49,306 bases of DNA from Asterionella formosa. Its lineage: Eukaryota. The stretch's first letter is position 1. Each line of letters opens with the position of its first letter. The stretch spans positions 1-49,306 of the forward strand of contig NKIB01013971.1 in NCBI GenBank assembly GCA_002256025.1. The letters run 5' to 3'. Shown here piece by piece: positions 34,169-46,400 of the stretch. The notes beneath the pieces were generated by a model, which was given only the letters and a program-made list of their open reading frames with translations, made no database searches and was not told the origin of the DNA. A program made the position numbers and the translations under genes.

Positions 34169-37100
34169 CGAATAAAGTGGAGCCATCGTCTGACTCGAGG
34201 CAAAACCCTGTGGTCAGTAATTTTACATCAGGTGACAGACATTCAACATCACACAAACCAGCTTCAGGGGACAGATACATTAAACACTCAACAGGATGAT
34301 TCTTGGCCCAGGATACCAGGGAATATCTATTCATCTAGGATAACACAACGCCGATGGGGAGATCACCACGAAGAATTAAATGATGATCACACAAGATTAG
34401 CTTTTCAAAACGTTAATGGACTTACCAGTTTTGCCGTGGTACATGCAGAAGTTCAGGCAAATCATATGATATTACAAGGGCAGCTAACAGGAATGAGTGA
34501 AACAAATATAAATTGGAAAAACTACACCTTTCAAGATAGGTGGGAAGAAAGACTGATAAAATGTTATACTGAATTAAAGTTTTTTCATTCATCCTGCGAT
34601 AAACATTCGGAAAAAAAATTGCAACGAGGAGGATGTAGCATGTCTTGCACATCACGCCTTCACTCGAGGCTTCTAAACAGAGGATCCGATGAGGACCTCG
34701 GTAGATGGGCATGGATGCAATTCAAGGGCACTGAAGAATTCAATGTTGTTGTTCTCACAGCATATCAGGTCAGCCAAAAAATCATACAGGTTTAGGGATG
34801 GAAACAGCATACATGCAACAATGGCGAAAGCTGCAATCTTTGCATCATGACAAGAACTTCAACCCAAGACAACACTTCTGGGATGATTGACAAGAAAAAA
34901 TACATCTGTTCCAAAACCAAGGAGACGAAATCATTGTAATGGTTGACGCAAATGCGGATTATGATGACAAAGGTTTCTCAATGTTCGTGCCGGGTTGTCA
35001 CATGGTTGATTTGCACAAGGACCTATACACCACAGCTCCTCCAGCTACATATACAAGTGGTTAACGAAAAATTGATTATATTTTGGGGACGGAAAAAATA
35101 TCAGCAGCAATTATAAAAGGAGGAATGACATCCTTTGATGATGGTTTAAAATTCTCGGATCATCAGGCCCTGTTCATTGATCTGAATGAAAGCGCCCTCT
35201 TTCATGACAAAAGCAAAGATCCAACAGCACGGAATAATCGCGGGTTGTGCTCGAAAAACAAGGAACAAGTTAAAGCATATCTTGAAATAGTTCATGCGCA
35301 TTTTCTTGCTCATATTACATATGAGAGATGATTGAAATTGACAGAAATGGGTCTATCTCAGGGGGTCCATGCACTACAGAAAGAGGCTGATCACTTAGAT
35401 CATCAAGTCACAATTATTGTCCTACAGGCAGAACGCAAGACTACTAGAAAAGTTTTTGGATATGGATGGTCTCCGAAATTGGTTGAGGCTGGTCAGGAAG
35501 TAACTTTCTGGAAAAATTGAATGAGGTGCTTTAAACAGAGATTACATCCTGCAACTCAAATGTAGCCACTTACACCATGCAAGAAGTATGGCATACAGAA
35601 CCTGGAGAAGGAACAGCCATTCTATCAAAATAAACTAGAAGATGCATGGACGAAACTTACTTTGGTTCAGGATAATGCTAAAGCCCATAGGAAAGAATAT
35701 TTGGTCAAGAAATGCGAAGATGCGAGATCACAAGAAGGAAACAAACCAAAGGCTGAAAAACTTCGGGCAATTATTTCATCAGAATACTCAGCTTGGTTAT
35801 GGCCTAAACTACATCGATATGCTAAAGGAGAAATACGTACAGGCTTAAACAGGATTGAGAAGCCAATTTACGATGACACAGGTGAAATTATAGAATTTCA
35901 GACAATTTCTGATTCAAACGAGATGTTCTATCACTTACTGCAATGGAATATGACTCATTTTTCACAAGCCCAGCATACCCCATTTGTTGAGGGATGCTTC
36001 GGCGCAGTTCTTCATCCATTTCAATACAATTCTTTCTCTGAATCCATCCTCCAAGGAAAGGTAGACTTATCAGAGTTTAACATCAATTCCGCTATCAAAG
36101 CTTGTATGCAGGAGATGGCATACCCACCCAATGAAACAGGAAAAGATGAAGTTCCAGTAGATATTTCGGTTGACGATTTCAAATCAGGTTTCAAAACTAC
36201 ATCGGAGAAAACATCATCATCCCCCAGCGGACGCCATTTAGGTCATTATCGCGCGGCATTATCTTCAGATCACATTTGCAAGGTGTATGCAACTTTAATG
36301 ACAGTACCATTTAAGTTTGGTTTTACCTTACAACGGTGGTCAAATGCTCTCCAAGTCATGCTGGAAAAGGTCAAAGGTACACCAAGATTGAGGGTCATTC
36401 AATTTCTTGAAGCGGACCTAAACATGAGTCTCCGAATAGTGTTTGGACAATGGCTCATTCATCAAGCTGAGGATGGCAATAATATATCCCCACTTCAATG
36501 GGGATCAAGACCCAATAGATCATCCACAGATGCAATCCTGATGAAGCATTTGACTTACGATGGCATCAACATCTGTAAGAAGGTCGCAATTATTTTTAAT
36601 AATGATGGAAAAGCCGCATTTGATAGGATGATACCTTCAGTGGGAGCAATCGCATTATGTCGACTGGGATCCAGTGAAAATGCGGTCTCCGCACTCCTGC
36701 AGGTTTTACAGCAGATGAAATGCAGAGTTTGTACCGCATTGGGTATATCAGATCAAGCATACTCAAATGTTCAATTCTGGGTATTGGGTACATTACAGGG
36801 TTCAGGTGCATCTCCATGCTTGTAGTTGGCCATTACATGCGTATTATTAGGGGCCATATCAAAACGATCATCAGGATTAACCTTGATAAACCCAAGAAGG
36901 ACTAGGTCCCAGACAAGATCTGCAGAGACATATGTCGATGACACGGAACTGCTCCTGTCCATGGAACAGACACCTTTGGAAGAGCTGGCATGAGAAATGC
37001 AGGGAGTGGCACAATTCTGGGAGCAATTTCTGTATACAACAGGTGGGGCTCTGGCGTTGAAGAAATGCTTCTTTTTAGCAATGGATTGGAATTTTAAGAA

Positions 37101-40083
37101 TGACCAATACACCCTCAAAACTAAGGAGGAGATTCAGGTCACAATTGCATTGACATCAGTCGCTGACTATACTACTATCAAAGAGATACCACAGAAGGAT
37201 GTTTGCGAGGGTTCACGAAATCTGGGTGCCATGCTAGCACCTCAAGGGAATAATCAGGATGAATTCAAAAAATTGATTCACACAGGGAAAAAATGAGCAT
37301 GAATATATCTGCATCAAAGTTATTATGACATGAGGTACTGCTAGCATATAAAACAATGCTCCGTATCCATTATGCGGCTCCACATTTTCTATTGAACAAT
37401 GCAATCAGATAGGCATCTTCCTACATTGATATCTCGCATGGGCTTCAACAAGACGACTAAGCGCTTACTATTTTTCGGACCTCCTGAGCTGGGTGCACAT
37501 GGTTTCACATACACATGGACTGATCAAGGAATTGCGCAACTACAACTACTTTTAGTTCATCTGCGACAGGAAAATGAAATAGCTGAGGCTTTACATATTG
37601 TGATCGAGCATGTGCGACTACAGATGGGAGTAACAGTGAAAGCATTTCAATTCCCCATTGCTCCGTTCTTGCGCTACATCGAACCAAATTGGGCTACATC
37701 AGGTTGGCAATTTGTCGATCACATCCAGAGGACAGTGCATATCGAGAATGCTTGGGACTTGACTCCACAAAGACAAGGGGATCAATGTCTAATGAACATC
37801 TTTCAACTCCCGCAATTCAATATACACCCAAAGGAGATGAAGCGGCTGAATGCTTGCAGATTATATTTACAGGTCGTAACAGTGGCAGATATCACAGATG
37901 GTTTTGGTCGATTTGTTATTTCTCAGTACATGAAAGGTCATAAGTGCGCAGACTGCACAAGTACCTGGGAGTGGCCATCTCAACTTCGCCCATCATCAGT
38001 AGCATGGAACTTATGGAGAAAATCAATCACCAGATGTCTCTGCACATCACTCAGATCTCTACGGCTGCGCAACACATTAGGACCTTGGTATGACAATGCA
38101 TGCTGCCATCAAACTTGGAAATTTCAAATGGATATGCTCACCATGAATTTAATTCAACAGCCAAATGTTGGAATATATTTACAGCACAAACCGGCACATA
38201 CATCTCGCATGTACCACAAGACATATAGCATTCTCTTTCAAAGGCCACACAGTTTAATTCCGATATCCATCAATAATACTACCTCTGATTATTATGAAAT
38301 AACTGGTTTCCCCCCAACAACCACCAATGGGTGCCATTACCAAGGTTCTTAGAGGAGGCCAGCAATATCTAGGCCAAACATTGACAGTTGTACATCCATT
38401 CTCAACAGGTACCTGCAGACAGCCATGGGAGACTTTGTGTTATCCATACACATAAGGACAATGGGAAAACACTTATTGGAGGGAAAGGTCGCCTTAGCCT
38501 CCGATGAATCCTTAATCTCCACAAATATGACTGCTACACATCATGAGTGGAAACCTCACAACAAGAACACTAAATCTCAAGCCTATGGACACGGCTGGGT
38601 ATCCAGCGGGGGGCAGGAAATGTCGTCCTTACGCCCAGAGATGGGGGGTTTACTAGGAGGATTAGCGGCCACAGTTCATATTTTACAGTCAAGCCCAAGG
38701 AGTCCTACTAGTCCGCAGCGAACTCAATTGCCAGTGTACATCGATAATCAGGCAGTCATATCTCGAATCAGGAAATGGAAACACAGTGGTCCCTCAGGAA
38801 AACTTCACACAGATTTCGATCTGCTTCAGTTGATAATGAAAGTGGCTGATAGCCATAACATTGATTTAATACCAGAACATGTTAAAGCACACCAAGACGA
38901 TGACTGCGCTTATGAGGACTTGTCATGGAAGGCCAAATTAAACTGTGATTGTGACCATCAAGCCACCATGGTGCGGACCTGCACACAATGTCTCGGTTCT
39001 AAAGCACAAGCATATCAACTACCTCCGGGACATTCAGCATCCCTGCAAATACGCAACACCGTGGTGACAACAAACATGATGCCAATGGCCATTCGCAATG
39101 CGGCATATCGTGATGACATGGAAAAGTATAAAATTCAAATCGCTGGATGGGATACAAGAGAAATCTACGACATGCTGGATTTGACAGCAAAACATGAAGC
39201 AAGCAAAACACTCAGAGGTTCACGGAAAATGACAGTATTTAAATTGGAATTTAATTGGTTGGCGACATTTCGACATCAAAGTAAATATGATAAGAGCGTG
39301 GATAACAGATGTTTTCGATGTAAACGCCTCAACGAGGACATTAATCACGTGATAACTTGCCCACCAGTTAAGACTTCAGCACGGGAGGAGCTGCTACCAC
39401 ATCAGGCAATGGATTCAGCTAGCATGGGTCCAGGAGCATGTCACTATGTAGCTACTAAAATTAAAGAGGGACTTAACCAATGGCTAAATGGCAGGAGTTC
39501 TCGATGAGAAGGACCTATTCCCCATGCGGCGGACGTTGTAGGGAATTTGACTTTTGAGGCCTACTTGAATCAAAAGGATATTGGGTGGGACCAAGCGTTT
39601 AAAGGCAGAGTAAGCAAATTGTGGGGAGTCGCAACGGTTACGCACAGCTAAGAAAAAGGGGATAGGGATGGCGTACTGGCGGAAAAGTGGAGCGCTAGTA
39701 GGGTTATTTCAAGTTTATGGGATATGGCCATCACGAGTTGGATTATACGCAATGAGGATCTATATGGAAAGACAGAGGAGGAAAAATTAAGGAAACTGAT
39801 GGAGGAGGTGGATTCACAAATTAAGGTTAGATATAGATTTGATCAACAAAGGGTTAGGGAAAGCGATAAATCATTTTTCCTGCTTCCAATGGAGGTGAGA
39901 ATTAAACAACATACTTTACAGCAGAAGCGCTTGTGGGTGGAAACTGTGGATCTTGCTTTTAATGCTTGGAATAATGATCAATCCAGGACGATGCCGAACA
40001 TCGCAGGGAGCGTCCGTCTTGCACCAGTATGGACTCGTGGGCATGGAAGACGTCCAAGGGTTCGTAAGAAACCACCAGTATGA
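34165..40083 (+). pseudogene. LINE ORF2 polyprotein: AP endonuclease - reverse transcriptase - RNase H - CCHC, disrupted
   Basis: APE: RLAFQNVNGL, GMSETN, LGRW, VDANA, IDYILG, SDHQALF. RT: SPSGRHLGHY, LRVIQFLEADLN, QWGSRP, DGKAAFDR, GTLQGSGASP, YVDD, TGGAL. RNase H: SLRPEMGGL, YIDNQAVI, EHVKAHQD, LNCDCD. Zn knuckle: CFRCKRLNEDINHVITC. Confidence 0.93.
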
Positions 40084-40410
40084 TGATGAAGCAGTGTCAA
40101 CCCTGGCACGAGTGCAATTTCTAGCTTTAGTAATGTACTTTAAATTTGATTGTGTAACAAACGTATATACAATGTATATTTGTCTTCGAAAAGAGGGAAA
40201 TATTTTTTTGGTTTCCATCCAAGCGATACCAATGTATTTGTATTTGAACTAAATACAAATATTTGGTGTTAAGATGGCTGACACGGCACACAAGATCGGC
40301 TGGCACGACACACAAAATGACACAACTAGCCGCCCAAAAGCTGTGTATTTCTGTCAACAATAAGTTATAGCCTTAACTGACGTTTTCGTCCACAGTTAGC
40401 ACCAGCCTTT

Positions 40411-40500
40411 AGTACCAAACGCTTATTTACTTTCGACTTTAGCACCAAACGCTTGTTCACTTTTGACTTAAGCACCAAATGCTTATTCACTTTTAACTTA
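40411..40500. repeat. 30-bp tandem repeat x3
   Basis: AGCACCAAACGCTT(A/G)TT(C/T)ACTTTTGACTT(T/A) units. Confidence 0.9.
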
Positions 40501-41394
40501 AGCAGCAAGGGTCGCGAGCACAAACCAAGCCTCCACGGAAGCTTGCCAACCCTTGCACGATGCACTCTCAATATATAATTAGCTAATAATATTTAACCCC
40601 CAAAATTATTACTGTTTAACATTTTTAGGCACGTATTCCGGATTGTTCTGCTGCCGTGGCGACCTTATCTGTGGGAAAAGGAGTATGATATCCAGTTGTG
40701 TATATGAGGGGCTGGTAGTTGGCGCATATTGCTAGAGAGCTCGTGGGAAGCAACCACAATTGAGTGGGAAATGTTGACTGGGAAAATTAAAATTAAAACA
40801 GAGTAAAAAAGAATAATTAAAAAGATTTTGAAGTTCTTTGTCTAGTAGAGTACTATTTCATAGTCTGGTAGAGTGATGCCTGCTTATAGAGAAAATCTCA
40901 TTTTTGTGATGCATCTTATGATGACAATCATATGATCATATAATTTCAATATGTCATCTAATATGTATGATAATTATCGTGATAATTTAAACAGTTATCT
41001 TTTTGGACTATGCATATGTATCTATCTTATGTTTTGTTTTCATTTTTGTTCCTGCGTTAAGTTTCCTCATAAGATGATGTACCAGCAAAATTAATGGGTT
41101 TTTGGTTTTGGGTCGTAGATTCCGAGAAATCAAGGTCCCTGTTTAAGGATGGCTGAGTGGATAATGAATTCTTGTCACCAAAGCTTCTTTTCATTCATAG
41201 TGAGAGAATTAAATCCATCAGTTTGCTGCTTGGAATGCCCTGATGACTTATCGAATTCAAAATCAGTACATCAGAATGTGGAAACCAATGATATCCTAAC
41301 GTATTGAATAAATTTGAATTATGTATAAGATTAACTGATGAAAGTACACAAATGATGTGCGATATAAAGTGCGTCTTTGTACTATGAAAGTGTT

Positions 41395-42045
41395 CAAATG
41401 TATATATTTTCATTTATTACAAATTATTATAAATTTATAAATGGCTAATACATATGTAATCATGATTAAATGTTCCTTTTCATGCAAACTGGTACACGTC
41501 CTGAAATGAAAGATCACATCAGCCACATGACAAGTAAACTTAAGTGACGCTACAAAAATTGTCAATTAAATATTATAGTACATTGAATCTATCCAATAAT
41601 GGCACTCGTGCCCAAATACGCTACAGCACAATGATACGTCACCTAAGCTACAAAAAATTGTCAATTAAATCTTATAGAACATTAAAGTTATCCAATGATC
41701 GAACTAGTGCCCAGATATGCTACAACACAATGATACGACGCCTCGGGACTTCGAAGGATTGAAAATGAAAATTGGAAAATTGATTGGAATCTATCTATGG
41801 TACGTCAAGGGCACATGCCAAGATGATCATTGTTGGGTTCACAAAGACTAAATGAGTGCTTCCTTCTCAAGCGATTCAATAGCTCATTTTGCATTTGGTG
41901 TGAAACCACCAATGTCGACAACAACAACAAAATTGGTAAGTGTTCTCATTGAATCAATGCATTGAATCAATGCTCAAGTATTTGAACAAATCTGACACAT
42001 GTATGTAATCAAAAAGTTTTGTTGTGAATTATACATGACATGGGT
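41395..42045 (+). repeat. Dispersed repeat core (includes a ~98-bp tandem pair at 41549-41740)
   Basis: Reverse complement of 10930-11420. The unit GCTACAAAAATTGTCAATTAAAT..TTATAG...CACAATGATACG occurs twice. Confidence 0.8.
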
Positions 42046-42184
42046 GGAACGAGTTATTGATGTGTACATATGCGATATTCGACCTGACACATTTTTTTAC
42101 AGAATTATGCGAAATGTTCATCGATTTATGGTAAGTGAAGCATGATAAAATGGGACTGCAGTGTTGATGTTTACACAAAACATC

Positions 42185-42471
42185 CTATAGATAACACTGT
42201 CACCTTGTTTCAACGAGAACATGATCATGCGTACCCTCCATCATCTATAGATACCAATGTCACCTTGTTTGTACAAGAACGTGTTCTTGCATACCCTCCT
42301 TCACCTATAGATAACAAAGTCAACTTTTTTGTACGAGATTGTGTTCTAGCGTACCTTCCATCAGCGAAAAATACCGATGTCTCCTTACTTCTACGAGAAC
42401 GTGTTCTTGCATACCATCCATCACATACAGATACCACTGTCACCTTGTTTGTACGAGAACGTGTTCTTGCG
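42185..42471 (+). repeat. 60-bp tandem array, ~5 units
   Basis: ATAGATACCAATGTCACCTTGTTTGTACGAGAACGTGTTCTTGC(G/A)TACCCTCCATCA at exact 60-bp spacing. Confidence 0.92.
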
Positions 42472-44097
42472 CAATTTACTAGTATTGCGCACATCTACTA
42501 TTTAGTGTGACGTAATGATGATGATGATGATGATGATAGAATCATATAATTGTAAAGTTGTTTTGAAATAAGCGTTTAAAATTTAGCTAGAAAACTTCAA
42601 AATATTTGCATTGATTTGATCATATAAATATCATCAAAGTATCATATGATTATGAACTAGTGATTGTGACAATGTAATAATGAATTATAAAATGATATAT
42701 TAATGTTACTATCTGTTTTTGAGTGACAGAACTAAATTAAAGATTATATATCATTCGTTTATAGACAATAAGAATTTGAGCATAAAGATTTCATCAAATA
42801 TTTATATTCAGGTGATTGTATTTGGATAAAATATGGTTGCTTCATGAATGACAATATCCAGTCGTGGAAAACCGGTAATTCTACTCATGAGGTCTTATAC
42901 ATAGTGGGTTCTTGCCGAGAACAACAAGCCAACATGGCAACAACAAGTCCCTCCATCACATAGCCAACATCGATATGATCTCTAAAATACCATGCACCTG
43001 CAGATGACAACAACTGTACAACATTAATACAACGATAGCACCAGAGGAAGGTTTGCAAAAACTCATTACTATCAAGACACTTCTGCGCGATACGTCTGCA
43101 AATAAAAACTATCATGAATATAGGATCAAGGGTATTGTATACTAAGTGGCACAGGATTTTTACATATATGATAGTTTTTGGATCAAAAATATGATCAATG
43201 TATCATATAATTATGATCATGCAGTAAACTTTTACTGAGCTTGAAGTATGATGATACTATCATAGTTATAATACCATTGAATCATATAATTAGATAAACA
43301 TGGTCCTATGATGTGTATACTTTTGTCATTCATCTATCTTAGCATGATCGTAATTCTCATCGATATCACTGTCTAAAATAGGATGAAATGGATCGAAACT
43401 TAGAACTATATTTAAGAATGGTTTTATGTTCCTCTCTATATCTTGAGTGGCTACAGAATGTTCTACAATTATCTCATCTTAATGATTGGTGCTTTCACTT
43501 CCACCTTACCCTCGATCCAATTCTGAAGGTTGTTGTACTGGTTGCCTTGCCCTTGTTCCCCTGCTTTCCTTCTATTCCTGATGGATCTGAGTTTGCATTC
43601 AGCACGCATTTTGCCATTACTATTGAATCCGTTTCGTTCTCCCAATCATACCAACAAAGAGAAGAAACTCATTATTAGCCGTTCATGTTTTGCTAAAACA
43701 AAAACATGCATTTCGCTTCGATCTTCACTTACCACAAATTGAGGAAGTAACTGATGCATATTTTTGTAAAATAATGTGCATGTCAGTTGAAGATTGAATA
43801 AGAAAGTATCGATCAATAGTAAATGGGCTCCAAAGCTGCTGTTTGTAACTTACAAATACTGTTTGTCTACCATTATTCTGAAAGAAGCAACACACATGTG
43901 TCATTTTTCTAACAGTTGTGGATTGATCCAAAGATGACAGCACTTACCGATTTCTTGTGTCCACATTGATGGTTGGCCAGCCACCAAATCGAAAAGGAGT
44001 TATTGAATCAATGAGAGGGGACGAGTCATTCCGTATTTTTAATCCCAAGAATTGATCATCCTGGAATTTGCTCTTGATATAGGACCATGCACAGCTT

Positions 44098-44345
44098 GTT
44101 GATTCCGCCCTTCTCCATCATATTCACTCCTTCTAAGCCGCTTGTTGTATCATTGTGTTGAATTGTCACTTCAGTTTTTCGCATCATGTGTTGCTTGAGC
44201 TCCTTCACTTCAGGAAGTGTATGCATGACAAGGAACATGAAAGGCATTTGCTCTAGACTTACCATCAATTGATTCCGCCCTTCTCTTCTAAGCCGCAAGT
44301 ATCATTGTGCTGTATTATCACTTTCGTTTTCTGTATCATCATGTG
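44098..44345. repeat. Local direct repeat related to the 11.2/41.7 kb repeat core
   Basis: TTGATTCCGCCCTTCTC..TTCTAAGCCGC..GTATCATTGTG occurs twice and resembles CCTTCTAAGCCG..TATCATTGTG at ~11212. Confidence 0.6.
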
Positions 44346-45449
44346 TGATGATCCTTATGTATACTTGAACATTTGCATAGTTTTGAACACGCTCATTATA
44401 TGGCACATCCTGTGTATGCTATCATCAATTTTGATTATACATAATTCAAATATATACAATGCATGATGAGTTCATAGTTTTCCATAACCAGTTGAATTTT
44501 TTCAATTTGTTTTGTGTCAATTCTTAAACCTACAAGTCAGTGGCTGATTTAATTAAGCCCCTTAATAAACAGGAGTCATCACCAATTTTTCAAATGGTCT
44601 AAATCATACATTTAGCTATGTATATAGACACATTGACCATATACATTCGAAAAATTCATATGGCCTACCGGTAGTACAGTATACTTGCTGGGAATTACTT
44701 CTATCATGGGAGTACCACAATAGTGCAGCGGAAAACTGATTATGCTCATGTGTTTATGATCATTTGATCATATTTTAAAGATCAATTAATCCTGATTCCT
44801 GAAAATAAATTTTGATCTTTCATTTTCTCATCAACGACACCATTAATTATATGATCAATAAGTTATGATCGAAGTATAGGATGAACAAATAAATTTTTTT
44901 TGATTAAAGATCATAGTTTATACCGGAGTAGTTGCTCATGCATGCAGCCCCCCCCTGTATATAGTACAGAAGTGATTACCCCCAAGCTATCAAATTTTTA
45001 TGTCTTGTAAGAATTATCACAGCATGCATGCATACATGACTCCTACTGGTATATACAATGCCAGAATTCGAATCCTATAGGTCCTGTAGAATTATCGTAA
45101 CATGGCTGCATATCTAATGAAAGGGCGTGAGGAGTCATCAATGCTGCACCTGTATAGTATGAAATATTGAAATGATTAAATATAGTCTACACAAGGAGCA
45201 GTGCATCATCTATGTCCTGTTATTTTAATTCCTATGAAATCTCTTGATCTGTTCTGCGCTTTCTCGCCACAATTGTTTTCATTGTGTCACTGGGCAGCAT
45301 TGGAATTGATTGTGCTTCGAACAAAGCAATGATCAAAGTCCACCCGATTGCAGAATGGTGAGTCTCAAAACTATGTATCAGCCAATCGATTAAAATGGGA
45401 CCATCTTTTGTGTACCCTTGTTGTGTTTGTACACTGACTTGGCAACTGT

Positions 45450-46400
45450 CAGCCAAGAGCAGCCATGGTATGCCATCATATATTGTCTATAAGAAGTTTC
45501 GAATGTTTTCAGCTATGATAACTTTTGCTCCTAGACATTATCTCACCACCCTTGTCATAGATTTTTCTTTATCCTTTGGCTGCAAAGGCCCAGGTTACTC
45601 AATGACTTCATCTGCAAGTTCAGCCAAGCAGCACGTTGGCGTCAAGAAAACCTCAACCCCGATTTTCCTCATATGCTCCGCCCATCGACTTCTTCATTGA
45701 TGAAGTCGAGGTAGCTTTATTGACATCAGGTGGCGCAGGCTTGTTTATAGATTCTTTGGTTCAAGCCATTCTTGTTCCTGCAAGACCAGCAGCAATTATC
45801 CCTTTACTTCTCCTCCCAAGAACCTTCATTTCTCTTTCACAATTGTCCTGATGAATGCAGAGAATTTTTAGTTCTCTTTTGCTTTTTCCACTGGTTTTGA
45901 CCCCTTGGGCAGCATTCAAGTCAAGAAGCAACTCAACTCATTGAGATTTCTGGAAGTTTTGGTCAGTAGCACCATACAGAAACAATCAACAGATCATGGC
46001 GGCTGTTCTCCATTTTCTGTAGTAAGCAAGTGACATCGAAGAGGGTCTGGGATCATTGGGGAGAAAAATTAGTAGGCTTCTCTGTGTTTGCCCCCACCTG
46101 TTGCTTTGGCATTCTACCATTGCTTCCTCTCAATCAATAACAGTAAAATTGAAAACTGTAATTAGATGAAATGTGACTTCCGCTTTCCAATATTTTATAT
46201 TGTTTCACTACTGAAACTTCAATCCTAAAATTGGCATTCAACTTGTGCTTCTTGCATTTTTGCAGTATAGACTGGCTGGAGGTTGATAGGCCAAAGTGTC
46301 TGGCTTTTCTTGAACATCTACAAAGTACTAGTGCTTTTGTTGAGGTTTGTGTCTAAATCCAACTGCTGCCATCCATTGAACCATTTCAGATACATCAAAG
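45450..46400 (-). pseudogene. Second Tc1/IS630-like transposase relic
   Basis: Fragments VQWMAAVGFRHKPQQKH*YFVDVQEKPDTLAY (YVDGHE motif), DFINEE, KIGVEVFLTPTCCLAELADEVIE and VR*CLGAKVIIAENIRNF; same family as 15620-16285. Confidence 0.65.

Larger units (their letters stand above)
31440..40262 (+). mobile_element. Near-full-length non-LTR retrotransposon (Ambal-like), inactivated
   Basis: 5' UTR, ORF1 and ORF2 with APE, RT, RNase H and a CCHC motif, plus a 3' hairpin. Many stops and frameshifts. Boundaries are approximate. Confidence 0.9.
29503..40372. mobile_element. PIF/Harbinger-like DNA transposon (internally deleted) interrupted by a nested LINE
   Basis: Termini are TTAA|GGCTAT... (29503) and ...ATAGCC|TTAA (40372), with imperfect further inverted similarity (GACAGA..ATAC..GCTTTT). 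They enclose a transposase fragment and a convergent second ORF. Confidence 0.6.

Noticed and set aside
42142..42510. CRISPR-like array or 20-aa repeat protein
   Set aside because: The units are contiguous 60-bp tandem copies without unique spacers, there are no cas genes, and the context is eukaryotic. The ORF is a by-product of a unit length divisible by 3.
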